From contig JANMDA010000227.1 of assembly GCA_031376085.1 (NCBI GenBank), forward strand, positions 1 to 54,215: a stretch of 54,215 nt of DNA. Direction: 5' to 3'. A model generated the notes under the pieces. That model did no database searches, had not been told where the DNA came from, and worked only from the letters and a program-made list of their open reading frames with translations. The number at the start of each line of letters is the position of its first letter. Position 1 is the first letter of the stretch. The position numbers and the translations under genes were made by a program. Positions 25,032-34,399 of the stretch are shown one piece after another. The DNA is from Chloracidobacterium sp. (GTDB lineage: Bacteria > Acidobacteriota > Blastocatellia > Pyrinomonadales > Pyrinomonadaceae).

Positions 25032-25736
25032 TTAGTCGTCAATAGAATTATTATCGTTGAGATTGATCAGGCCTTTTGCAAAGGCATAAATAACCAGATT
25101 CAACCGGTCATCGACGCCGAGTTTGCCATAAATGGAACTGAGGTGGTGACGGACCGTTGCCTCGCTGATAGACAGACGTTCGGCTATTATTTTGCTTTTT
25201 AGGCCTTTTCCGATCATCGAAATTACCTCGACCTCACGCGGTGTTATGGTTTCGGGTGCAGGGCCGAGCTTGCCATTAGAAGGTTTTCCTTTGGATACGT
25301 CTCCATTCATTAGCAAGTTGGTTAAAAGTGCCTGATTAAGCCACGTTTCACCCTTGAATGCCCTCCGGATCGCTTCGATCAATAACTTGGAACTTTGGTC
25401 GGACCGGACAATTCCAACAGCTCCCAATTTCAGAGCATGCGTTGAAAAGTCAATTGCTTCTCCATCGGTTATCGCGACCACCTTTATATTCGGGCATGCG
25501 TCAAGAACGTCCTTAATGATCTCTACAGGATCTTCCGGCTGAAAATATATGACTGCGATATCCGAGCCTTTGATCTTGCTTAATTCTTCACGATCAACAA
25601 ACCCTAGGTTTGTGGCCGCTTCTAGGTCTTTGGTGCCCTCGATCAGACAAGTCAAACACTCACGAACAAGCTGGTGACGGGCTATTATGGATATGCTTAT
25701 CTGCACAGTGGGGCTTTTTGTGTCGGATTTAATCAT
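25032..25736 (-). CDS. LuxR/NarL-family transcription regulator with atypical receiver-like N-domain
   Basis: C-terminal LuxR HTH (ITPREVEVISMIGKGLKSKIIAERLSISEATVRHHLSSIYGKLGVDDRLNLV). The N-terminal ~130 aa are receiver-like but appear to lack the acidic pocket by eye. Confidence 0.8.
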   Translation of the reverse strand: MIKSDTKSPTVQISISIIARHQLVRECLTCLIEGTKDLEAATNLGFVDREELSKIKGSDIAVIYFQPEDPVEIIKDVLDACPNIKVVAITDGEAIDFSTHALKLGAVGIVRSDQSSKLLIEAIRRAFKGETWLNQALLTNLLMNGDVSKGKPSNGKLGPAPETITPREVEVISMIGKGLKSKIIAERLSISEATVRHHLSSIYGKLGVDDRLNLVIYAFAKGLINLNDNNSIDD

Positions 25737-26607
25737 ACAAAATGCTGAGCCGGTCTCAATAAATGTTCAAGCAGCGGAATTTTCCAACGGACTGTAGTGT
25801 CAGAATATTTTTTTTGGTATCGCATAAGCGAAACCCGTGTCATAATCGTACTATATATACGACATTTGGACAACAAATATTTTGATCACAATATAGAACA
25901 TTTATATTACATCCAATAGGTAAATCAGTGACATAAGAAGTAGTAATTGACTGCTTTTTCAAATCTACAGGAGGCGGTAAAAGCTGATCCTGGTTATTTC
26001 AACCGAAAAAGGATCGGGAGCTGAACCATAAATACCGAGAAAACAGGTCTTTTTGTGATTAGCCCGTAAGAAACCTGAGCTTTTTAAGATCTATATCTGA
26101 TCTGGATCATCGGAGCTTCCAATAATCCGTTGGATATCCTAAACGAGCGGTGAAAAACACCATAATAGTTGATTTTCACAGGCTTCACATCTGCGCGGTT
26201 CTTAAATAGAACAATTAGCCAACATGAAAATATCGTTTTTTCCGATGCGTTGTTAGACTAAGTGCAGTAGATTTTATCTACACTCACTCAATTTGGTTGG
26301 AAATTTCAGCGAGTATCATTGTCGCTGTAACAGAGCCGACCAGATTTATCATGTTTTGATTGTGTGTGATCAGTAGTCTTAAAAGACCATTTATTGTCGT
26401 TTAAGCGTTGAAATAAACACTGTGACCAGTGCGACAGTTTTTGTGAGACTCATTCATTACAATGACTGTCGAAAAAAACAAGGGAAATCGGGAAAATTTT
26501 GGCACATTAGAGGATTTTTAGCGTAATTCGTCTTTTTATTTGTCAACATCGGCATCGCGGGGCAACTCCATCCTGAGTGAAACGCTGCAATCCTCTGAAA
26601 AAAAACT

Positions 26608-27330
26608 ATGGTGAATACATCAATTAATATTTTTCTCATCTGCGACCTATCGATATTCCGGACGGCGCTTCGTATGTTGATAGAGTCCGATAATCGATTT
26701 CATGTGATTGGTGAGGCCTCGGATGCGAATACGGCCGTCGAACAGATCGCAAAGCTCCGTCCTAATATTATTCTTGTAGATGTTTCGGATATTGACGAAA
26801 GTGCTCTGCTGCCATTGTCGACACCTGAGATCGTCAAGATACCGGTATTAATTCTCACCAGAAAAGATCAGGTCGAGTTTTACCAACAATGCCTAAAACT
26901 TGGCATCAAAGGATTGGTGTCGAAGCAAAACGGGGCCGAAGTACTATACAAGGCCATAGAAAAGGTTTGCGAGGGTGAATTTTGGTTTGATAGGTCGATA
27001 ATGGGTGCGACGATCCGGCACATGCTCAATGAGAAGCAGTCCTTTATGGACAATCCTGCAATGCAGAAGGCGAACGGGATGACAGATCGCGAAAGAGAGG
27101 TCGTCGAGCTCATCTGTAGAGGTATGAAAAATAAGGGGATAGCAGAAAAACTCTTTATCGCCGAAACAACGGTCAGGCATCATTTAACATCTGTTTTCAA
27201 CAAACTCGAGGTAGCAAGCCGACTTGAGTTGGTCATTTATGCCTTTAAGCACCAGTTGGTAAAGATACCGAGTCAGCAGACATCTTTCGACGAAAACGGA
27301 GGCGACGGCAAAGAGCTTTATTACGCTTGA
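26608..27330 (+). CDS. LuxR/NarL-family response-regulator-like transcription factor (paralogue of 25032-25736)
   Basis: Receiver-like N-domain (IFLICDLSIFRTALRMLIE...PNIILVDVSD...VLILT...GIKGLVSK) and LuxR HTH (MTDREREVVELICRGMKNKGIAEKLFIAETTVRHHLTSVFNKLEVASRLELV). Confidence 0.8.
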   Translation: MVNTSINIFLICDLSIFRTALRMLIESDNRFHVIGEASDANTAVEQIAKLRPNIILVDVSDIDESALLPLSTPEIVKIPVLILTRKDQVEFYQQCLKLGIKGLVSKQNGAEVLYKAIEKVCEGEFWFDRSIMGATIRHMLNEKQSFMDNPAMQKANGMTDREREVVELICRGMKNKGIAEKLFIAETTVRHHLTSVFNKLEVASRLELVIYAFKHQLVKIPSQQTSFDENGGDGKELYYA

Positions 27331-27340
27331 AGAAAGAATT

Positions 27341-27367
27341 TGAATCGAGTTCGGATTCAGCCTTTTT
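27341..27367 (+). terminator. weak candidate terminator after the plus-strand LuxR gene
   Basis: TGAATC-GAGTTCG-GATTCA hairpin (27341-27359), then GCC and T5 (27363-27367). The stem is short and AT-rich and the T-run is offset. Confidence 0.3.
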
Positions 27368-27580
27368 GTTAATGAAGAGCGGTCAGAAAATTCGGTCAAA
27401 AATATATCGCGGCATCGGCCAAAATGAAACAAGGAATAGGTATGTGAACGTTCTATATTTTAGGCAAGGCTCATGGGAGATGGGCATACAATTTTCAAAC
27501 TTGCCTGGAGTTTCCAGGTTTCCCCATATCGGGGTCGTTATGTGCATTGATGGGCGCAGCGGTCAGGTGGCGCCGCAAAT

Positions 27581-27874
27581 ATGAACCAAGAAGATAAAAA
27601 AGAAAAAAAACGCAAAGAAAAAGAACAGCGTAAAAAGAAAAAAAATGCGCTGGTCGTGTGTAGTGATGGAAGAGACTATTGGACGACGCAGGCTCAATTT
27701 TGGCAATGGGTTCGTGAAAATGTTGTTGTAAAACTCGGCGACGGGCCGCTGCACGGAAAATTCGTGCGTGAAAATGAAGAATATAACGTTGTAATAAGTA
27801 ATACGGTTTTGAATTTGAGATGCCCAAACCATCTCAATGAGGCACTTGCGTCGCGAAGACGAGCTTTAATGTAA
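27581..27874 (+). CDS. small (97 aa) protein with Lys/Glu-rich N-terminus, unknown function
   Basis: The ORF's TAA overlaps the ATG of the downstream export gene (TAATG), which suggests translational coupling. The N-terminus is MNQEDKKEKKRKEKEQRKKKKN. No recognisable domain, and the coding status is unproven. Confidence 0.45.
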   Translation: MNQEDKKEKKRKEKEQRKKKKNALVVCSDGRDYWTTQAQFWQWVRENVVVKLGDGPLHGKFVRENEEYNVVISNTVLNLRCPNHLNEALASRRRALM

Positions 27875-28869
27875 TGAGAATATTTGTAACGACAAAAAAA
27901 ATAGCGGCAGGCACTGCAAGTTTAGCATTGATAATCGTTATGGCCGGAGCGATCGGAGTTTCCGCTCAAGACGGATCTCAGGGCCAATCCACCAGTCAAA
28001 ATCCTAACTACCGCATCGGGCCCGGCGACGTGATCGATGTCAACGTCAGTCAAAGCACACAGCTGACACGCACGGGAGTCCGAGTCAATAACCTGGGAAT
28101 GATACAACTTCCGATGCTCAATGAGGATATTCAGGCAGGATGCCGGACTGAACGCGAGCTTGCCGAACATGTCAAGGAAAAATATAAGAAATTCGTTATT
28201 AATCCTTATATTAACGTCGCCGTTCGGGAGTTTAACTCAAATCCGGTTGCCGTGATCGGAGCTGTCAACGCTCCGGGCCGATTTCAATTGCAGCGGCCGG
28301 TAAGGCTTATAGAACTATTAGCAAATGCTAACGGCCCGGCGGAAAGGGCCGGAACCACAGTCGAGATAATCAGGAGCAAAAGCATGCCGTTTTGCGACGG
28401 TTCGCAATTGGTCCTGACAGGTGGACTAGGGGACGAACTTATCACGTTAAGCCTGGCTGACACTTTTAAAGGCACGGAAGGTGCAAATCCATATGTTAGA
28501 GCGGGCGACATAGTCAGAATTCCAGACGCTGAAATCATAAAAGCATACATCGTCGGTAATGTCAGGAACCCTTCGTCGATCAGTCTAAAAGACCCTGTAA
28601 CGCTGTCTCAGGCAATTGCGATGGTGGGCGGGCTCGCGCCAGGAGCGCAGTCAGATAAGATAATTATTCGCAGACGGCTAAATGGTTCGATAAATCCAAC
28701 TGAACTTACAGCAAACCTAAAGGAAATAAATCTCCGGAAAAAGGACGATATCATTCTTCAGTCTAACGATATTGTCGAAGTTCCGGGGCCGCGAAAAACC
28801 TTTTTTGGCGAGGTCATAAAGACTTTACTTCCTGTGGTCACGACACTTCCGCTAAGAGTAATTCCGTAA
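27874..28869 (+). CDS. wza: polysaccharide export outer-membrane protein (Wza family: Poly_export + SLBB)
   Basis: Signal peptide, YRIGPGDVIDVNV...GMIQLPMLNEDIQAGCRTERELAEHVKEKY motif, then SLBB-like repeats. Confidence 0.85.
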   Translation: MRIFVTTKKIAAGTASLALIIVMAGAIGVSAQDGSQGQSTSQNPNYRIGPGDVIDVNVSQSTQLTRTGVRVNNLGMIQLPMLNEDIQAGCRTERELAEHVKEKYKKFVINPYINVAVREFNSNPVAVIGAVNAPGRFQLQRPVRLIELLANANGPAERAGTTVEIIRSKSMPFCDGSQLVLTGGLGDELITLSLADTFKGTEGANPYVRAGDIVRIPDAEIIKAYIVGNVRNPSSISLKDPVTLSQAIAMVGGLAPGAQSDKIIIRRRLNGSINPTELTANLKEINLRKKDDIILQSNDIVEVPGPRKTFFGEVIKTLLPVVTTLPLRVIP

Positions 28870-28895
28870 GGTTGGAGCCGATCCAATAGTATTAT

Positions 28896-31331
28896 ATGGC
28901 GAACGATAAATCATTAATTAAGTCAGAACAAGGCCCGGCGCCGATCCAGCCGTATGATCCCGATCCGGGATATGGTTATGACTTTTATGCTCCCAACTCG
29001 TCGGGAAGCGAAGTATCGCAAAAGAAGCAGTTTCTTAAATTTTTCTCGATCCTGCGCAAGCACTGGCGACTTATTGTGGGGACAATTCTCATTATAACGA
29101 CCCTCGTAATATTATACGAGGCGCAAAGGCCCGATTTTTATGTCGCCGTTGCCAGGATACAGGTGAATGGCGAAATGAATCCGGCAGCCGGAGGTTCCAT
29201 CGTCCTGAACCAGGGAAACGACCCAGTATATTTTACAACTCAATTACGAATTTTAGAGGGCAGCGGTTTGTTGCGCCGAGTGGCCAAAGCCATTGACCTA
29301 GAGCACAACGATGCCTTTGCCCACCCTAATAAGGGGAAAAAACTCAATGCCCTTCAAAATGTGTTGAAGATGTTCGGATTATATGAACCTGCACAATCAG
29401 AGATCTCGGATGCCGATATACAGCCCGTTAATAATCTCGAACTAACGCCTGAGGCCCTGACCGATCTCGACAAGGAAGCAGAAAAACTCGCCCCCTTTGT
29501 CGGCAAGATAAAAAAAGGCCTGACCATCATGCCGGTGAAAGACACAAGGACGACAAACAAAGAAACCCGTTTGATCGAAGTAGGTTTTACCCATGGCGAA
29601 CCGGGCATTGCGGCCAAGATCTCAAATGCTATCGCCGATACTTATGTGCTCCAGAATCTGGAGCGTAAGGTAGAGACAAATGCGACAGCCAGCGAATTCC
29701 TGCAAAAGCGGGTTGCGGAACTGCAGTCTCAAATTCGTCAGAGCGAAGAGCGCCTGATCAACTATTCAAGGGAAAATCAAATAATTTCTCTTGATGCCAG
29801 TCAGAACACAGTCGTCCAGCGCCTCGGCGATCTAAACATCAAGCTTGGAGCGGCTGAAAACGAACGCATATCTGCCGAAGCTGCATATAGAGCGGCGATG
29901 CAGAATCCAATGTCCGGAACAGCGGCGGAGAACACCGATCCGCGAACTGCCGGACTTCAAACACAGTTGACTGCGCTCAGGCAGCAGCTTGCCCAGTTAA
30001 AAACCGAATATACCGATGAGTGGCCGGAAGTGCAGCGCGTTCAGCGTCAGATAACTTTGCTGGAAAACGAACTTCAGTCAAACCGAAAACGGGCAAAGGA
30101 CACTCAATCTTCCCAACTGGAACAAAGGTATCGAGAGGCCGCAGCTAAAGAGCGTGCATTACGGATAGAATTTGATGCCCAGCGCGGCGCCGTGCTTTCA
30201 CAAAATCAAGCCGCCATCAACTATCGCATCATTCAGCAGGAGATCGACACAAACAGGACACTGTTAGCCGACCTTCTTCAAAAATCGAAAGAGACCGAGA
30301 TCATCCTTAACGGTACGCCGAATAATGTCCTTGTAGCCGACCGGGCACTTGTGCCTCGCGGGCCGGCCGGGCCCCAACGGGTCAAAGAAGTGATGACTGC
30401 TTTTGTATTGTCGATATTTTTGGGCCTGGGCCTGGCATTTTTAGTGAACTGGCTGGACGATACAATTCGCGTTTTTGATGATGTGGAGGCGAAGCTCGGA
30501 ATTCCTGTCATAGGAATGATCCCGGGAATCCATCAGGGAATGATGAAGAGGCTAATGTCGCCGCGTCGTCAATTGAACGGCGAAGGCGGCAGAGGATCGG
30601 CGATAGTTCCTAATAATTTTGATCAGTCTGTCGTTCGCGAAGCCTTTAATCAGGTTCGAACGTCACTCCTGCTATCAGGAAACGGTTCCGGCCCTAAAAC
30701 AGTGCTGGTTACATCGGGACAGCCATCGGAAGGAAAAACCCTGACCTCGCTCAATCTTGCAAAGTGCCTGTCGGAAATGGGCGGCAAGGTATTATTGATC
30801 GATGCCGATCTTCGCTGTCCAAAAATGCACTTGATCAACGGGTTTGACAATACAAAGGGACTTGGCGATCTACTGACAATGAATGGTGCCGCTCTGTATA
30901 ACATCGACGATACAATTATCGAAGATATTTCAGGTAATCTCGATCTGATGACTTCCGGAAAAGCTATTCCGAGTCCTGCGACCTTGTTTAGCATGGGCAA
31001 GATGCGCGAGATAATCGAGAAGCTCGGCGAGACCTATAAATATATTGTTATCGATTCACCGCCGGCCCTCTACTTTGCGGACAGTGTTTTGCTTGCTTCC
31101 GACGTCGATGCTGTGCTTCTCGTCGGGCGCGTTAATTTTAGCTCGTCAGAAATATTGTCCCTGGCTAAGAAGAAGCTGCAAGATGTAAATGCCAATATTG
31201 TGGGCATCGTTCTGAACGATATTCCGCTGAGCGGCTATCAATATTACGACAGCGAATATTATTCGGACGAAACTGAAACGAAACCTACAAGTGGAAACGG
31301 TGAGGGCGGAACAATTCTGAATCTCGAATAA
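28896..31331 (+). CDS. wzc: polysaccharide co-polymerase / tyrosine autokinase (Wzc/GumC-like)
   Basis: Wzz-type N-terminal TM segment, a long coiled-coil periplasmic region and a second TM segment. BY-kinase Walker A VTSGQPSEGKTLTSLNLA, A' LLIDADLRCP and B IVIDSPP. Tyr-rich tail SGYQYYDSEYYSDE. Confidence 0.9.
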   Translation: MANDKSLIKSEQGPAPIQPYDPDPGYGYDFYAPNSSGSEVSQKKQFLKFFSILRKHWRLIVGTILIITTLVILYEAQRPDFYVAVARIQVNGEMNPAAGGSIVLNQGNDPVYFTTQLRILEGSGLLRRVAKAIDLEHNDAFAHPNKGKKLNALQNVLKMFGLYEPAQSEISDADIQPVNNLELTPEALTDLDKEAEKLAPFVGKIKKGLTIMPVKDTRTTNKETRLIEVGFTHGEPGIAAKISNAIADTYVLQNLERKVETNATASEFLQKRVAELQSQIRQSEERLINYSRENQIISLDASQNTVVQRLGDLNIKLGAAENERISAEAAYRAAMQNPMSGTAAENTDPRTAGLQTQLTALRQQLAQLKTEYTDEWPEVQRVQRQITLLENELQSNRKRAKDTQSSQLEQRYREAAAKERALRIEFDAQRGAVLSQNQAAINYRIIQQEIDTNRTLLADLLQKSKETEIILNGTPNNVLVADRALVPRGPAGPQRVKEVMTAFVLSIFLGLGLAFLVNWLDDTIRVFDDVEAKLGIPVIGMIPGIHQGMMKRLMSPRRQLNGEGGRGSAIVPNNFDQSVVREAFNQVRTSLLLSGNGSGPKTVLVTSGQPSEGKTLTSLNLAKCLSEMGGKVLLIDADLRCPKMHLINGFDNTKGLGDLLTMNGAALYNIDDTIIEDISGNLDLMTSGKAIPSPATLFSMGKMREIIEKLGETYKYIVIDSPPALYFADSVLLASDVDAVLLVGRVNFSSSEILSLAKKKLQDVNANIVGIVLNDIPLSGYQYYDSEYYSDETETKPTSGNGEGGTILNLE

Positions 31332-31430
31332 CGATATACAGCGACCGTTTTTCCGGCTGCAAACTCCGCCAGTTTTCCACATAATCCACGATAAAATACC
31401 AGAAACTGTCGCTGTCAAGCCGGCTAAAAG

Positions 31431-32510
31431 ATGGAAACGACATTTAGAAATGAATGCATGAGCAAGATTAGCGTTCCATACGCAGAGGGACGCTGTCTGA
31501 TCGTGGGCGAGGTTGCGCAGTCCCATGACGGCAGCTTGGGAATGGCCCATTCATTTATCGACGCGATCGCTGATGCCGGGGCCGATGCAGTAAAGTTTCA
31601 GACGCACATTGCCGCCGAAGAAAGTACGCCGAGCGAGCCGTGGAGGATAAAATTCAGCCCACAGGACGAAACGCGATACGAATACTGGAAGCGAATGGAA
31701 TTTACCAAGCCGCAATGGCTTGGTTTGAAGGAACACGCTGACAAACGAGGACTTCTGTTTATGAGTTCGCCGTTTTCCGATTCGGCTGTCGAACTGCTTT
31801 CGGATATTGGGATGAAAATTTGGAAGATTCCGTCGGGCGAGATCGGGAGCCTACAGCTTCTAGAGCGTATTGCGGGAACGGGCGACCCAATCATACTTTC
31901 TTCAGGAATGAGCGACTGGGCAGAATTGGACGCTGCCGTCGATTTAGTTCGGGAAAGTGGAAACCCGCTTGCCGTAATGCAATGTACGACGGCTTATCCA
32001 TGTCCGGCAGAATCAGTCGGGCTTAACGTGCTCGACGTTTTAAGAGAGAGGTACCAAATCCCCGTCGGTTTGTCTGACCACACGGGCAATATATTTGCGG
32101 GATTGGCCGCTGTAACTTTGGGAGCAGAGATACTCGAGATCCATGTTGCAATGAGCCGTGAAATGTTCGGGCCAGACGTAAAAGCATCCGTCACCACTAG
32201 TGAACTTAGACAACTGGTCGATGGATGCAGGCAGATCGAAAAAATGATCGATTCACCTGTTGATAAGACGAAGATGGCAGGCGAAATGTCGCATCTGCGA
32301 TCATTGTTTACAAAAAGCGTTGTTGCTGGAGCCGAGCTTCCGGCCGGAACAGTTTTAGCCGAAGAACATTTGAAGCTAAAAAAACCCGGAACCGGAATGC
32401 CTGCTTCGCAATTGCCCAATGTTTTGGGTAAGAAGCTTCGCCGCGATATGCAAATCGACGAATTTCTTCAATTAAGCGACCTCGTCGAGACTAACGGCTC
32501 TGGAGATTAA
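31431..32510 (+). CDS. neuB: N-acetylneuraminate (nonulosonate) synthase
   Basis: IVGEVAQSHDGSLGMAHSFIDAIADAGADAVKFQTH, PVGLSDHTGNIFAGLAAVTLGAEILEIHV, and a C-terminal SAF-like domain. An alternative start is ATG 31458. Confidence 0.85.
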   Translation: METTFRNECMSKISVPYAEGRCLIVGEVAQSHDGSLGMAHSFIDAIADAGADAVKFQTHIAAEESTPSEPWRIKFSPQDETRYEYWKRMEFTKPQWLGLKEHADKRGLLFMSSPFSDSAVELLSDIGMKIWKIPSGEIGSLQLLERIAGTGDPIILSSGMSDWAELDAAVDLVRESGNPLAVMQCTTAYPCPAESVGLNVLDVLRERYQIPVGLSDHTGNIFAGLAAVTLGAEILEIHVAMSREMFGPDVKASVTTSELRQLVDGCRQIEKMIDSPVDKTKMAGEMSHLRSLFTKSVVAGAELPAGTVLAEEHLKLKKPGTGMPASQLPNVLGKKLRRDMQIDEFLQLSDLVETNGSGD

Positions 32511-32517
32511 CAATCTA

Positions 32518-33672
32518 ATGCCAAGAAAAATTTGTGTAGTAGTAACAGCCAGGCCAAGCTACAGCCGTGTAAAAACGGTGCTGCAGGCGATAAAGGATCA
32601 TCCCGATCTTGAATTGCAGCTTGTCGTTGCAGCATCTGCGTTGCTTGATCGATATGGCACAGCCGTAAACTTTATCGAGAAGGACGGCTTTGCGATCGAT
32701 GCTCGCGTTTATATGGTTCTCGAAGGCGAAAATCCTGCATCGATGGCAAAGACTACAGGTCTTGGAATTCTTGAGCTGGCAACTGTTTTCGATAATCTTA
32801 AACCGGACGTTGTGGTCACGGTCGCGGATCGCTTTGAGACTTTGGCGACTGCAGTGGCGGCATCGTATATGAATATTCCCGTCGCACACATTCAGGGCGG
32901 CGAAGTAACGGGTTCCATCGATGAAAAGGTGCGGCATTCTGTTACGAAACTAGCTGATCTGCATCTCGTCGCGACGCCTTTTGCCGGTGAGCGTGTTAAG
33001 AAAATGGGCGAAGAGACCAGCAAAATCCATGTCACCGGTTGCCCGTCCATTGACATCGCGACAGAGATCCTTGACGATCCGTCGTTAAATTTCAATCCAT
33101 TCGAACGCTACGGTGGTGTAGGCGTCCTTCACGAGCTGGTCAATGGTTATCTTGTTGTAATGCAGCATCCTGTCACAACGGAGCATGAGAAAGCGCGTAA
33201 GCATGTAATGGAAACCCTTGAGGCCGTTTACGAGATCAATATGCCAACGCTGTGGTTTTGGCCGAATGTTGACGCCGGTTCCGATGGCACATCAGGCGGG
33301 ATACGTTCATTCAGGGAACGGCACAACCCGGAGAATATACATTTCTTTAAGAGCATGTCGCCAACTGATTTTCTAAGGCTTCTATACAACTCCAAGTGTC
33401 TGATCGGTAATTCGAGTGTTGGAATTCGAGAATGTTCGTATCTTGGCGTGCCGGTCGTAAATATCGGTACACGACAAGTTGGACGTGAGAGAGGAAACAA
33501 CGTAATCGATGTCGGTTATGAGAAAGATGCGATCCTGGCTGCCGCACGTCAGCAGATCACCAGTGGTCGACGCGACATGGACAAACTATACGGCGACGGA
33601 AAGGCAGGTGAAAATATCGCAAAGGTTCTTGCCGAGGCTCCATTGAGCATCGAGAAAATGCTTACTTATTAA
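32518..33672 (+). CDS. neuC: UDP-N-acetylglucosamine 2-epimerase (hydrolysing)
   Basis: KICVVVTARPSYSRVKTVLQAI and HIQGGEVTGSIDEKVRHSVTKLADLHLVAT are typical of NeuC-type epimerases. Confidence 0.8.
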   Translation: MPRKICVVVTARPSYSRVKTVLQAIKDHPDLELQLVVAASALLDRYGTAVNFIEKDGFAIDARVYMVLEGENPASMAKTTGLGILELATVFDNLKPDVVVTVADRFETLATAVAASYMNIPVAHIQGGEVTGSIDEKVRHSVTKLADLHLVATPFAGERVKKMGEETSKIHVTGCPSIDIATEILDDPSLNFNPFERYGGVGVLHELVNGYLVVMQHPVTTEHEKARKHVMETLEAVYEINMPTLWFWPNVDAGSDGTSGGIRSFRERHNPENIHFFKSMSPTDFLRLLYNSKCLIGNSSVGIRECSYLGVPVVNIGTRQVGRERGNNVIDVGYEKDAILAAARQQITSGRRDMDKLYGDGKAGENIAKVLAEAPLSIEKMLTY

Positions 33673-34395
33673 ATGAAAGTATTAGGCATCATCCCCGCAC
33701 GCGGCGGATCAAAAGGAGTCCATCGCAAAAATATAAGGCCACTGTGCGGAAAACCTTTGCTGGCATATACCGCTGAAGCGGCACTGGCTGCCAAAAGCTT
33801 GACAAAAACGATATTGAGCACTGAAGACGAAGAAATAGCTGACATTGGCCGATCGCTTGGCATCGACGTTCCGTTCATGAGGCCTGTCGAACTTGCTGAA
33901 GATGCGACGGCGACGTTTCCCGTAATACTCCATGCTGTTACCAAGTTGGAATCGCTAGGTGAATTTTACGATGCTGTTTGTTTACTACAGCCGACTAATC
34001 CGCTCAGGCGGGCTGAAGACATAGATAATTGTATCGAATTATTGGAAACAACCAGGGCGGACTCGGTGGTAAGTATTTTACCGGTTCCGGCAACTTACAA
34101 TCCAAAATGGGTATATTGGCGTTCGCCTGACGGTGAGATGACGTTGTCGAGCAGTGATAGCGAACCGGTAAAAAGACGACAAGATCTGCCGCCGGCATTT
34201 CATCGCGAAGGTTCGGTTTACGTTACCAAACGTAGCGTGTTGTCTGAGTATGGAAATTTGTATGGCCGCGATGTTCGCGGTTACGAGATGAGCGAGGCTA
34301 ATTCGATAAACATTGATACTCAGGACGACTGGGATCGAGCCGAAGCGATGATCAAAAACCGTTCAATGCAATCAGGAGCATCGCAAACGATCTAA
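33673..34395 (+). CDS. neuA: acylneuraminate cytidylyltransferase (CMP-nonulosonate synthetase)
   Basis: GIIPARGGSKGVHRKNIRPLCGKPLLAYT and LLQPTNPLR motifs. Confidence 0.85.
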   Translation: MKVLGIIPARGGSKGVHRKNIRPLCGKPLLAYTAEAALAAKSLTKTILSTEDEEIADIGRSLGIDVPFMRPVELAEDATATFPVILHAVTKLESLGEFYDAVCLLQPTNPLRRAEDIDNCIELLETTRADSVVSILPVPATYNPKWVYWRSPDGEMTLSSSDSEPVKRRQDLPPAFHREGSVYVTKRSVLSEYGNLYGRDVRGYEMSEANSINIDTQDDWDRAEAMIKNRSMQSGASQTI

Positions 34396-34399
34396 ATTT

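Noticed and set aside
25973-25980. ops/JUMPStart-like element (GGCGGTAA versus consensus GGCGGTAG) upstream of the EPS locus
   Set aside because: There is one mismatch in an 8-mer, and such a match is expected by chance in an 870-bp region. It lies upstream of a regulator gene rather than in the EPS operon leader, and no RfaH/NusG paralogue is present in the window.
26224-26256. 10-codon mini-ORF (MKISFFPMRC*) in the large intergenic region as a leader peptide
   Set aside because: It has no SD, no adjacent attenuator structure that I could identify, and no way to distinguish it from chance in AT-rich DNA.
27327-27584. 85-aa ORF between the LuxR gene and the small Lys-rich ORF; also minus-strand ORFs 27495-27827 and 27563-27832
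   Set aside because: No motifs or start context. The minus-strand ORFs are poly-Phe/Lys artefacts of the A/T homopolymer tracts. Only the plus-strand 27581-27874 ORF has a coupling signal (TAATG).
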